A stretch of DNA of 64,000 nt from an uncultured Bacilli bacterium (GTDB taxonomy: Bacteria; Bacillota_I; Bacilli_A; RFN20; CAG-826): the NCBI GenBank assembly GCA_944375905.1, contig CALWAS010000027.1:57679-121678 (forward strand), in the 5' to 3' direction. Position 1 is the first letter of the stretch; each line of letters starts with the position of its first letter. The notes under the pieces were generated by a model. That model made no database searches and was not told where the DNA came from. It saw only the letters and a list, made by a program, of their open reading frames with translations. The position numbers and the translations under genes are program-made. Below are positions 9,797-18,392 of this stretch, one piece after another.

Positions 9797-11537
9797 TTTT
9801 GATCCTCAGAACTTTCTTCATGTAGCAACCGCTGTCGAAGTGTGAAACGCACTCAAGACAATGCCGGCACTTGTCGGGATTAATCGTATATATGACAGAA
9901 TCGAGAGAAGCATCGCCTTTCTTTGAATTCGAGACATGCAGCGCTCCAAAACGGCATACAGACTCGCAAGCGCCACAAGCAAGGCAGGTTTGGAACTTGG
10001 TAATCTGTGAGTTAATCAAAAGCTCTCCAAGATGACGGTTTTTGAATCGGCCTTTATTACTTAAAATCGCAACCCTGAGAGTCGTGCTTCCTTTAATTCC
10101 CCTAAGCTGAAGAATCGGCTCTCTTGTCACTGAATCAAGGACATATGCCTCCCCCAGTTTCGGATTCCCCATCGAGAAATCGAGTATCCCAAATGGTTTG
10201 AAAAGGGTATAAAGCATATCGTCAATCGGCCGTGACAACTCAAAATTTATGGCATTCTCGTCAAAAGCACACGGCTTAAACGTAACGATGGTGTTTTTGC
10301 CTAAAGCAAGCCCGTTTCCGCCTTGTCTTGCCTTCCACTTGCCAGTATCGACGTATTCTTTCCAATCAGGTTTTCCAACGCTCTTGGCAAAATCATAAAG
10401 AAGATTTTGAAAATCCCCATAGAGTTCCGGCATATATATCGACGACAGAAAGCCCGACCAAATGCTGTTATTTGGACAACACCAACATCCGACACGAGAA
10501 AAGCCCTGACGGTAGGCGTGGTTGAAATCGAGTTTGTTCGAAATGATGTAAAGCCAGTCGTCAAAGGAAGTCCAATCGATGATTGGGGAGCAGACAACCT
10601 GTTTTGTTATCTTCGAATCAGCACTGTCGCGGGAATAATTGGATCGCGAAACCGATTCCATCCTGCGTACGCCGAAAAATGTCAAAATCCGCGGCGTCTT
10701 GGCAAAAAGAGACTCAATAGTCTTGGTAATGGCACCTGTCTTGAAAACGGTACAGCACCACCGCATGACCCTTGATGGCGGGCCTATCTTGCGACACAGA
10801 TCATTGAAATCCTGATCTTTGTTTTTTGCCTCAATTAGCGGCGTCCCCGGATAACGCTTCCTAAAGCGGGCGACGTATTCATGAGTCGTTGGGTATTCAA
10901 GCGTCGTATCTCCATAAATATGAACGATGGTTTCGCTTCCTAAGGACTTCATGGCAAGATGGCTCACTACCGTCGAATCCTTGCCTCCGGAGAAACTCAC
11001 GAAAGAATTCGCAGCCGTATAGCCCCTTGCCCGCTCTAATATGTAAGCAGTTGCTTCATCTGTAATTTCGGCCAGTCTTGAACGATTCACGCGGCAAAAT
11101 GCCGCGATTTCCTCTGAATCAAGGTACCCATCGACATATGGCTGATTAGCAGATGCAAATTCGGCAAGTTTTTTTCGTATCTCGCTCGGATCTCTCTTTA
11201 TCATCTGACTTTGGGAAAACTTAACGATCTGCCCGTCTATGACGTAAGATCCCGACCCGATAGCCCACACAGAGTGCCCTGCATATTTCATGGGAACATC
11301 GTTTAGGACCTCGATCAATAAACGTTCTTCGGGAAAAACGGGTCGAAGGTCGGTCCCTATCCGATGGCATTTTCCATGGCATTCCGGACAAGTATCGTAA
11401 AAGGACGGCGCGTTGCATTTAGAACACCAAAAAATCGAAGCCGAAAAGACCCTTGCCCGGCTTCCGCAAACAGGGCAGGTACTAGTTTCGCACAGCGTTC
11501 CCTGACACTCTTTTCGTTCGCATTTATATATAATCAT
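9783..11537 (-). CDS. DndC/SspD-like PAPS-reductase-family PP-loop ATP pyrophosphatase with N-terminal Zn-ribbons and a C-terminal 2x[4Fe-4S] ferredoxin-like domain
   Basis: 584 aa. The PP-loop SFSGGKDST is followed by MRWCCTVFK, the DndC/CysH-like cysteine region. The N-terminus has four CxxC pairs (CERKECQGTLCETSTCPVCGS...CSKCNAP...CPECHGKC). The C-terminus reads CLACGACESVCRFGAL...CRHCLECVSHFDSGC, the classic CxxCxxCxxxC + CxxCxxC ferredoxin pattern. It is the first gene after a roughly 325-bp AT-rich promoter-like gap. Confidence 0.8.
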   Translation of the reverse strand: MIIYKCERKECQGTLCETSTCPVCGSRARVFSASIFWCSKCNAPSFYDTCPECHGKCHRIGTDLRPVFPEERLLIEVLNDVPMKYAGHSVWAIGSGSYVIDGQIVKFSQSQMIKRDPSEIRKKLAEFASANQPYVDGYLDSEEIAAFCRVNRSRLAEITDEATAYILERARGYTAANSFVSFSGGKDSTVVSHLAMKSLGSETIVHIYGDTTLEYPTTHEYVARFRKRYPGTPLIEAKNKDQDFNDLCRKIGPPSRVMRWCCTVFKTGAITKTIESLFAKTPRILTFFGVRRMESVSRSNYSRDSADSKITKQVVCSPIIDWTSFDDWLYIISNKLDFNHAYRQGFSRVGCWCCPNNSIWSGFLSSIYMPELYGDFQNLLYDFAKSVGKPDWKEYVDTGKWKARQGGNGLALGKNTIVTFKPCAFDENAINFELSRPIDDMLYTLFKPFGILDFSMGNPKLGEAYVLDSVTREPILQLRGIKGSTTLRVAILSNKGRFKNRHLGELLINSQITKFQTCLACGACESVCRFGALHVSNSKKGDASLDSVIYTINPDKCRHCLECVSHFDSGCYMKKVLRIKNGKQ

Positions 11538-11862
11538 GTGCGTTCAGAAAGATTGTACCATGTACTTATTGGGACAGTCTTATCGATGCTCCACAAAAGA
11601 GCCAAACACAATCTGTAGGAACCTTTTATTTCTGACATCATTTTGTCTAAATTTCTTGATATTTCGTCAGTCAACGAAGTAATTTACTCGATTATGTCTT
11701 AATCATATAAAATATGTATTCGTAAGTTAAAAAACTGATTGTATGTTCCATTTTGCTTGCCAGGAATAAAAGCCATGCGCGATAACTTAATAAAGAAGGT
11801 TGCCGTTTTTCTTGCTGAACAACAGTTTCGCTGACACTTCTATAGCTGGACGTTGTGAAAAG

Positions 11863-13284
11863 TCAGGCATCGTTGCCATTTAGCGAAAGGTAGAATCTCG
11901 AATCCGAATAAATCGCTCCCGTATCCCTTATCAAAAAGGTCTTTGACAAATATGAACGGACTATTCCAACCAGAAGGTATTTGTTCCATTCATAGTCCAA
12001 TTGGGGCAGATTCCAAAAACTGAAATATTCGTCAACTCTGATTTCTTTTTTCTCTCCAATCTCCGATTTTAAACCTCTGGTTATGGATTCTATCGTTTCT
12101 TCGCTTAACTGAAATTTGCTTTTAGAAACGATGCGATTGGAATCCACTTCCACATAATCGGGCGCAGTAATGTCCAAAAGCCATTTCCTGCTGTCTATAC
12201 CGTTGATATGGATCCTTTGGCAAAATTTATTTATCTCATCGAAAGAAATGATTTCTTTGCTATAAACGAATTCTATGATCAAATCGTCTCCGGTAAGTTT
12301 GATCCGCTTAGTTGCTGAAACATATGGCTCCTTAAAGAAATATTTTCTTCCATAGTAACAAGCGGCAAGAAAATACAAGCCCTGCTCATTTGCAAAAGAT
12401 CCTAATTCTTTCAAGAAAGTCGGATGGGCGATAGCAAAAGACGAATACAACTTACCTCTTGCAACAACTCCCACTGGGCTGCTTGAAATGATTTTCCGTA
12501 ACGTAGAGCCGATGCAAATAATAGCTGCTTCGCTGATTTTTTCATCGGCAAGGCGACGATAAGAAGAACGATTGCGCAAAAAGTCCTCATAGTAAGAAAG
12601 ATATCTCTCAACCAGTTCGATCTTCTTTTGATCGAAGAATTCACCCTTTGCTTTGGCTATTGTTTTGTCCCTTAAGGAACAAAAATTGTTGAGAGAGTCC
12701 AGAAGGAAGAAGTCGGTAAATGACTTGCTGACCTTTCGAAGCAATCCGTTGATTATCTGGAAACTGTCAATGACAGCCTTAACTGATGCCGGGGAAAACC
12801 GCCTGATGGTCAATGCTTGGACAAATTCATCCTTTGTTTCCTTGGCGAAATGAGCCTTAGCTTCCTCGGGTTCCGCGACCGGATGGCAATGATAAAGGAA
12901 AAAGCACTCCTTTAAATCGACGCCATAGGCTTCCAAAAGACATTGAATGTTCATCATCGAATGGCTAGACGTGTGGTTGGTGTCGAGATAAAGGTCGCGA
13001 AACGGAGAATAGTTGGTCCTTCGAGTCCGGGAGAAAACTACGCACTTGCTCCACTTGTAACGGATGGAGAGCAGTTCTTCATCGCTTTTTGGATTGCGGC
13101 GGTCTAATTCGGAAAGAATACCAAGTGTCATTCGGTTCCAGCTTCCGGCACAGACCAAAATATCACGGTAGCTAAACAAATAAGGGGTTGTGTTTTCCAA
13201 ACACGGCAGCGGATTCGTCATGTCGAATTCGTAGTAGCGCCTACCATCGATATATCGAATTTTATATTTCTCTTCTATTCCCAC
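11863..13284 (-). CDS. Hypothetical protein (473 aa), first gene of the AT-rich island inside the boundary
   Basis: Long ORF with island-like AT-rich codon usage and no recognisable motifs. It has the same orientation as the modification operon and lies directly inside the GC-content transition. Confidence 0.5.
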   Translation of the reverse strand: MGIEEKYKIRYIDGRRYYEFDMTNPLPCLENTTPYLFSYRDILVCAGSWNRMTLGILSELDRRNPKSDEELLSIRYKWSKCVVFSRTRRTNYSPFRDLYLDTNHTSSHSMMNIQCLLEAYGVDLKECFFLYHCHPVAEPEEAKAHFAKETKDEFVQALTIRRFSPASVKAVIDSFQIINGLLRKVSKSFTDFFLLDSLNNFCSLRDKTIAKAKGEFFDQKKIELVERYLSYYEDFLRNRSSYRRLADEKISEAAIICIGSTLRKIISSSPVGVVARGKLYSSFAIAHPTFLKELGSFANEQGLYFLAACYYGRKYFFKEPYVSATKRIKLTGDDLIIEFVYSKEIISFDEINKFCQRIHINGIDSRKWLLDITAPDYVEVDSNRIVSKSKFQLSEETIESITRGLKSEIGEKKEIRVDEYFSFWNLPQLDYEWNKYLLVGIVRSYLSKTFLIRDTGAIYSDSRFYLSLNGNDA

Positions 13285-13411
13285 GTTTTGTAAATGATAA
13301 CGCAGATCCCGACCGACGAATATTTATTTACAAATTGAACAAACTGAGTCCCCTTCTCCTTCACTTTGCCATAAAAAACTGTCTCTAAAATTGTCTTATG
13401 CAATATGGAAA

Positions 13412-13452
13412 CCGCAGCAAAAAGCCCGGCTTCGATAAGAAACCGGGCTCTC
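13412..13452. terminator. Bidirectional rho-independent terminator at the island/host junction
   Basis: AAAAAGCCCGGCTTCGATAAGAAACCGGGCTCTCTTTTT has a GCCCGG/CCGGGC stem flanked by an A-run and a T-run. On the minus strand it lies just downstream of the stop of the 770-aa lipoprotein gene. Confidence 0.5.
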
Positions 13453-13466
13453 TTTTTCGTTTTACC

Positions 13467-15779
13467 CTATTCGACGATGTCGAAGTAGATGCCGCCGACG
13501 AGAATCCAGGCCAGGCGCATCGTTACATGTCCCTTCGTGTAGATCTGGGCCCCGGGGTAAGGCGGATCCGGGTCGAGGACATAGCCGTTTTCGACCAGTA
13601 GCTCCTTGTAGGCCGCGTACCACTCGTCGTCGCAGCCCGACTTGGTGCTATTGGAGATATCGACCGTGTAGAGATAGACCGAATCCCACTTGCGGTAGGT
13701 CTCGGGGTGATAGAGATAAGGAATCGTCGCGGCGTCTTCTTCCCCATAGAAGGCCACGAAATCGGCATAGACCTCAGGGCTATCCTCTTCCCAAGTGGTC
13801 GGTTCGACCCAGGCTGGAAGGGACGATAGCTCGTCTACGAGGCCATCGGGAAGAACTACATCTTCATCGTAAAGGAACGTGCAGACGTCATGTCCCTCCA
13901 TCGTGAGGCCGTCGTCGGTATCGTAACTCATCTCGGCGATCCTTCCTTCCGCGTCGAGGCGGAGGCGGAGGGTCGAGATGACGATGTCGCTCCCGTTCCG
14001 CCCGAGGATCATCCGGTCCTTGACGCCGGTCAGGACGAAGTCGCGGATGACGTAGGAGCCGTCATCGTCCTTCTCGAAGAGAAGGGGCGAGACGTCGAAG
14101 CGGAAATGGGAGGAAAGCGCCTCGTCGAGAGCAACGTCGACCCGCGAGGCATCTTCCCCGTTCGGCTTGATGAAGCGCTGGCTTTTGCCGCCGTCGAGGT
14201 AATAGCCCTCGTAATCGGTCGAGATCGTTCCCGAGAAACGCTGGGAGATGTCCTCGTAGACGAGGTGTTCCCGGTCGTAATAGATGTTGAGCTGGTTTTC
14301 CTCCGTCCTTTCCTCGTGGGAAAGCATGGCGAAGGCGTGGCTTCCGTCGAAATAGGCGAAGGCCCTTTCGAGGGCTTCTTGGTCCTCACTATCGAGGCCG
14401 GTCGCCGGCACGACGTCGACGAACTCGCCTTCGGGGTCGAGCTCGACGGTGATGACGACCGAGTAATGGAGGAGACCATCCACCATCTCGGGATAGGTGA
14501 CGACGAGATGGTCGAAGAGCCCGTTTTCGTCGAGATAGACATAGACGCTCTCCGGGCTCGAGAGGGCACCCATGAAGGAAATCTCGCCCATCTCGTCCCC
14601 GCGCGTGCCAAGGTAGCGGTAGCCATCGCCTTCCTTGCGGAAGGCCGTTAGGTCGGAAGCGAGGACCGCGTAAGGCGTCGGGTAGTCGTCTTCCCATTCG
14701 TAGTACTCGCCAAGCCGCTCGGAAGAGACGGCGTTATCAGCATTGAGTCCGCGGACGGCCGTCCAGCCATCGTCGTTGAAATAGACGGCCTCTTCCTTTT
14801 CCCCGCCGGCCTCCTCTTGATAGAGGCGGACCTCGTCGATGAGGCGGTCGGACCTCGTCTTGGCAACGAAGGTCTTATTGCCGCTCCCGGTCTCCACCAT
14901 TTCCATCGTCGAGACGAGGGAGACGCATTTCGTCTCGCTCGGCATAAGGTCGGAGATGGAAGTCTCGGAAAGGGGCTCGCCGCTCGGGGTGAGGAAGGAA
15001 GCGAGATAGTCGTCGGCTTCCTTGATCGAGGCGCTTCCGACGTCGCGGAATACCCCTTGGCAGTCTTTGACCTCGGCGTATTCCTGCTTCAATGGGTCGT
15101 AGATCTGAAGCGAGAAGGCGAGATCGCCGCCGTCGAGGTAGAAGCGGGCTTGCCCGAAGGTCTTGTCGATGGCGTCCTGCCCATAGCCAAGTCCCGTCGC
15201 GAGGGCATAGATGATCTTCTCGTTTCTAGTGTAGGCGTAATCGCCTTCCTCGAAGAAGTTCTGGACCTGCAGGGTGTTTTCGAGCGGCGAGAAGAAGTCG
15301 AAATCGGAAAGATCCGTCTTCAAGACACCGTTCGCCACATAGGGATAGCCGAGGCGGAAGGCCCCGGTCGAATCGAAATAGAAGAGGTAGACGATTTTGT
15401 CGGCAATCGCCTTGTCGTAGCTATCGATCAGTGCATAGCCGGTGTTCGAAAGGGATTGATAGAAATAGCTGCCCCGATGGACATCCCGGGCAAAGACGCC
15501 TTCGTAGGTCGACTCGATGGCGTAGTCGTCGTTTTCGGCGACGTCGAGGAGGAGCTCGAAGGCTTCCTTCGCCGTCACCGGCTCCTCGACTTCGACGGAC
15601 GAGGAGGAACCGGAACTAGAGGAGGCTGACGATGACGACGAGGCTGAAGATGAGGAAACGGACTCTGATCCCGAAGTGGAGCCAGCGCCCGAACTAGAGC
15701 TGGACGACGAAAGCCCCGTCTCCCCGCAGGAAGCGAGGAGAAGGGACAGCAGAATGGCAGGAAAGCACTTAAATCTCAT
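13467..15779 (-). CDS. Lipoprotein with a serine-rich linker (770 aa), function unknown
   Basis: N-terminal MRFKCFPAILLSLLLASCGE has the lipobox LLASC, followed by a roughly 50-residue run of S/G/A. High-GC codon usage. The long antisense ORFs on the plus strand are GC artefacts. Confidence 0.7.
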   Translation of the reverse strand: MRFKCFPAILLSLLLASCGETGLSSSSSSSGAGSTSGSESVSSSSASSSSSASSSSGSSSSVEVEEPVTAKEAFELLLDVAENDDYAIESTYEGVFARDVHRGSYFYQSLSNTGYALIDSYDKAIADKIVYLFYFDSTGAFRLGYPYVANGVLKTDLSDFDFFSPLENTLQVQNFFEEGDYAYTRNEKIIYALATGLGYGQDAIDKTFGQARFYLDGGDLAFSLQIYDPLKQEYAEVKDCQGVFRDVGSASIKEADDYLASFLTPSGEPLSETSISDLMPSETKCVSLVSTMEMVETGSGNKTFVAKTRSDRLIDEVRLYQEEAGGEKEEAVYFNDDGWTAVRGLNADNAVSSERLGEYYEWEDDYPTPYAVLASDLTAFRKEGDGYRYLGTRGDEMGEISFMGALSSPESVYVYLDENGLFDHLVVTYPEMVDGLLHYSVVITVELDPEGEFVDVVPATGLDSEDQEALERAFAYFDGSHAFAMLSHEERTEENQLNIYYDREHLVYEDISQRFSGTISTDYEGYYLDGGKSQRFIKPNGEDASRVDVALDEALSSHFRFDVSPLLFEKDDDGSYVIRDFVLTGVKDRMILGRNGSDIVISTLRLRLDAEGRIAEMSYDTDDGLTMEGHDVCTFLYDEDVVLPDGLVDELSSLPAWVEPTTWEEDSPEVYADFVAFYGEEDAATIPYLYHPETYRKWDSVYLYTVDISNSTKSGCDDEWYAAYKELLVENGYVLDPDPPYPGAQIYTKGHVTMRLAWILVGGIYFDIVE

Positions 15780-17371
15780 TTTTGATATGGATACATCGAA
15801 AGGCCGACGCCGGATCCGACGAATGAATAATCAAAGTTGACGACTTCAAGCACCGCAACTTCGCCGATTTGGAAATGGTAACCTTCTTCCTCCATATAGG
15901 GCCACAGCGAATATTCATAGAAATCATCGAGAGACATAGGCGTCACATTCTCGCTATCGAGAAGCTTGGCCCTATAGGAATTGACCGCGGCTTCGGTTTC
16001 GTCGCTAGGAACGTCGGGGCAATCGATTTCCGTGCTGCCATCGCCCGTGTCGATAAGTTCCCAAGCGTATCCCGTATCCCAGTAAGGAAGGAGATTCAGG
16101 TCGCCGAGAAGATCCATGAGGGCATCTTGCACGTCCTGGCTTTCGTTTTCCCATTCGCTCGGGAGCGAGTAGGACATGTCGACCGGGATTTCCGTCGTGC
16201 CGATCGCAGTGACGGTGATCTCGTCATCGCCCGATACGAGCCGGTAGCCGCCTTCGATTTGGTAAAGGGAGATTCCTTCGGAGAGCGTCACATCGAGGAA
16301 ATCGTAGGCATCGAACGAGAAGTGCTCGGCCACGCCATGGGCAAATGGGAGCTGTTCGAGATGGTTGTCGACTATTTCGAAGACGCGCCCGTCGACATCG
16401 AAGTCGGGAAGGTAGGTCCGGAGAGCGTTTTCGCTCGAGCCGGTAAGAGTCATTCCGCCTTTGTCCGCATCCCAAGAGAGGATGTCGGTGCCTTCGGCGG
16501 TCGCGACGATGCCGCCCTTGCCAGTCGGCGTCTCGATGTAGACCTTGTCCGCGGTCGCGTAGAGTTTCGAAGCGGTCGCGCCTTCCCCGATCGTCAAGGT
16601 GTAATTCTGATCGAGAAGGGAATCGAGCGCGGCATCCACCGTCTTGCTAGCCTCGCTTTCGGCAGGGACCGCAAAGCGCCCTCCCTCGGCCTTTTCGTCT
16701 GGCGTAATCTCCGCCTCAGTCTCGAAAGCCGTTCCGTCCCCTGCTTCGAGTTTAAGGACGAGGGTAAGTTTCTCGCCATCGCGAACGAGCTTGGCCTCGT
16801 TTATTTTCAACGCCGCATCGGTCGGGTCGCCGAAAGCCATGCCGCTAAGCAGGTGGGCAAGGTAGACGATGTCGGTCTTGTTCTTCTCCGTATCGAGCGG
16901 GTAGTCTCCGTCTTCAATGATCTCGACTTCGTAGAAGCCGAGCGGAGAATCAAGCGGAAGGGCCGAGTAGTCGTCGGCCATGACGCTTTCGATTTCCCTC
17001 GCGTCGCTATCGAGGCTGAGTTCCACCGCCTTTCCCTCGCGGTTCTCGAAATAGCGGGCTTCCCTTTTGCCTTCGGTGGCCTTTCCTAGATAGGTGAAGA
17101 AATCCTTTCCGACGAAGATCGTGGCATCCTTCTTCCCTTCGCCGATCGTGACGGCGGCATTCATCCGGTAGCCGTTTTCAAGGGTCGCCAGGATGTCGGT
17201 CCGCGGCTCGCTCGAACTGCTGATCTCGCTTGAGGATTCTTCACCCGAGACTTCGGAAGAAGTCGATGTTTCCTCGCTAGAGGCGATCGATGAAGAAGTA
17301 TTGTTTGGCGTGGGCGCGCAAGCGCCAAGGAGGAGGGCGGCCGCAAGGCCAAGCAGGATTTTCTTATCCAT
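15776..17371 (-). CDS. Lipoprotein with a serine-rich linker (531 aa), function unknown; operon partner of the 770-aa lipoprotein
   Basis: N-terminal MDKKILLGLAAALLLGACAPT (lipobox) followed by an S/T/E-rich linker. Its stop overlaps the downstream lipoprotein start (ATGA). Confidence 0.7.
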   Translation of the reverse strand: MDKKILLGLAAALLLGACAPTPNNTSSSIASSEETSTSSEVSGEESSSEISSSSEPRTDILATLENGYRMNAAVTIGEGKKDATIFVGKDFFTYLGKATEGKREARYFENREGKAVELSLDSDAREIESVMADDYSALPLDSPLGFYEVEIIEDGDYPLDTEKNKTDIVYLAHLLSGMAFGDPTDAALKINEAKLVRDGEKLTLVLKLEAGDGTAFETEAEITPDEKAEGGRFAVPAESEASKTVDAALDSLLDQNYTLTIGEGATASKLYATADKVYIETPTGKGGIVATAEGTDILSWDADKGGMTLTGSSENALRTYLPDFDVDGRVFEIVDNHLEQLPFAHGVAEHFSFDAYDFLDVTLSEGISLYQIEGGYRLVSGDDEITVTAIGTTEIPVDMSYSLPSEWENESQDVQDALMDLLGDLNLLPYWDTGYAWELIDTGDGSTEIDCPDVPSDETEAAVNSYRAKLLDSENVTPMSLDDFYEYSLWPYMEEEGYHFQIGEVAVLEVVNFDYSFVGSGVGLSMYPYQK

Positions 17372-17576
17372 GGGGTGTTCCTTTCTTATCAGAAATGTAA
17401 CGCCTCAGAGCCATTTGTCACTAGAAAATTTAATGAATTTCCAATATCAGCCTATTTGATATTTACAGTGTAAAGATTACCAAATGGCGATTAACACCGA
17501 AGACTTTTGATATATCGATGCAAAATCGCCTGAATCGAAAGCAAAAAAGAGATGTCGAGACAAGACAAATGTTACT

Positions 17577-18311
17577 TCAAGCGAGCTTTTTGCGGAGTTC
17601 GTACATGAGGATGCCGCCGGCAACTCCGACGTTGAGGGAATCGATGTTCCCCATCTCGATCCGGACCCGGGCATCGCTCAACGAGCGGATCTCATCGCTG
17701 ATCCCATGGGATTCGCTTCCGAGGACGAGGGCAAGTTTCTCTTTTAGAAGGAAAGAAGACGGGGGAAGCGAGGAAGAAAGGTCGCTAGCAAGGAGGAAAT
17801 AGCCGTCCTTTTTAAGGGCGTCCGCCGCTTCCTTCCGCATAAGGAAATGGAGGGAAAGCTGGAAGATGGCCCCTTGGCTCGCCATGAGGGCCTTCGAGGA
17901 ATAGGGCGTGGCCGTCCCGGGAAGGAAGACGACGTCGAAGTAGGAAAAGGCGAGGGCCGTCCTCAAGATGGTGCCGAGGTTCCCGGGATCGCCCACCCCA
18001 TCGAGGACAAGGACGCGGCCCGAGGAAAAAGGAACTTCCTTCTTTCTTTCGCAAACCCCGAGTATCCCTTCCGGATGGACGAGGGAAGTTACCTTCTTGT
18101 AGGCCCGCTCGCTTAGTAGTGTCGCCTTCGTCTCGGGATACGGCGGCTCGTAGGTCGAATAGATCTCAAGCAAGGAGCCATGGCGATGCGCCTCCTCGAC
18201 GAGGTGCTTGCCCTCGACGAGGAAAAGGGCGCCTTTCCCGTCCTTCAGGCGGACGAGGGACTTCACCTTCGGGTTGTCCGGGCTATCGATGAATGGAAGC
18301 GTCTTTCCCAT
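17577..18311 (-). CDS. rlmB: TrmH/SpoU-family RNA 2'-O-methyltransferase (RlmB-like)
   Basis: 244 aa. SpoU motifs LVLDGVGDPGNLGTILRTALAF and LVLGSESHGISDE, with an IGMxGxxxSLNV-like C-terminal motif (IEMGNIDSLNVGVAGGI). Confidence 0.8.
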   Translation of the reverse strand: MGKTLPFIDSPDNPKVKSLVRLKDGKGALFLVEGKHLVEEAHRHGSLLEIYSTYEPPYPETKATLLSERAYKKVTSLVHPEGILGVCERKKEVPFSSGRVLVLDGVGDPGNLGTILRTALAFSYFDVVFLPGTATPYSSKALMASQGAIFQLSLHFLMRKEAADALKKDGYFLLASDLSSSLPPSSFLLKEKLALVLGSESHGISDEIRSLSDARVRIEMGNIDSLNVGVAGGILMYELRKKLA

Positions 18312-18392
18312 CGCAATGGATTTTCGCGCCGATTGGTAAGAAAGGGAACAAGAAAAGGCGCCTTTCGCTTAGATAAGGCGCCTTGGAACCGT

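Noticed and set aside
13890-17089. Long plus-strand ORFs (253, 270 and 406 aa) opposite the two lipoprotein genes
   Set aside because: These are typical high-GC antisense artefacts, with V/D/E/G/R-rich translations and no start context. The minus-strand ORFs carry lipoprotein signal peptides and sensible composition.
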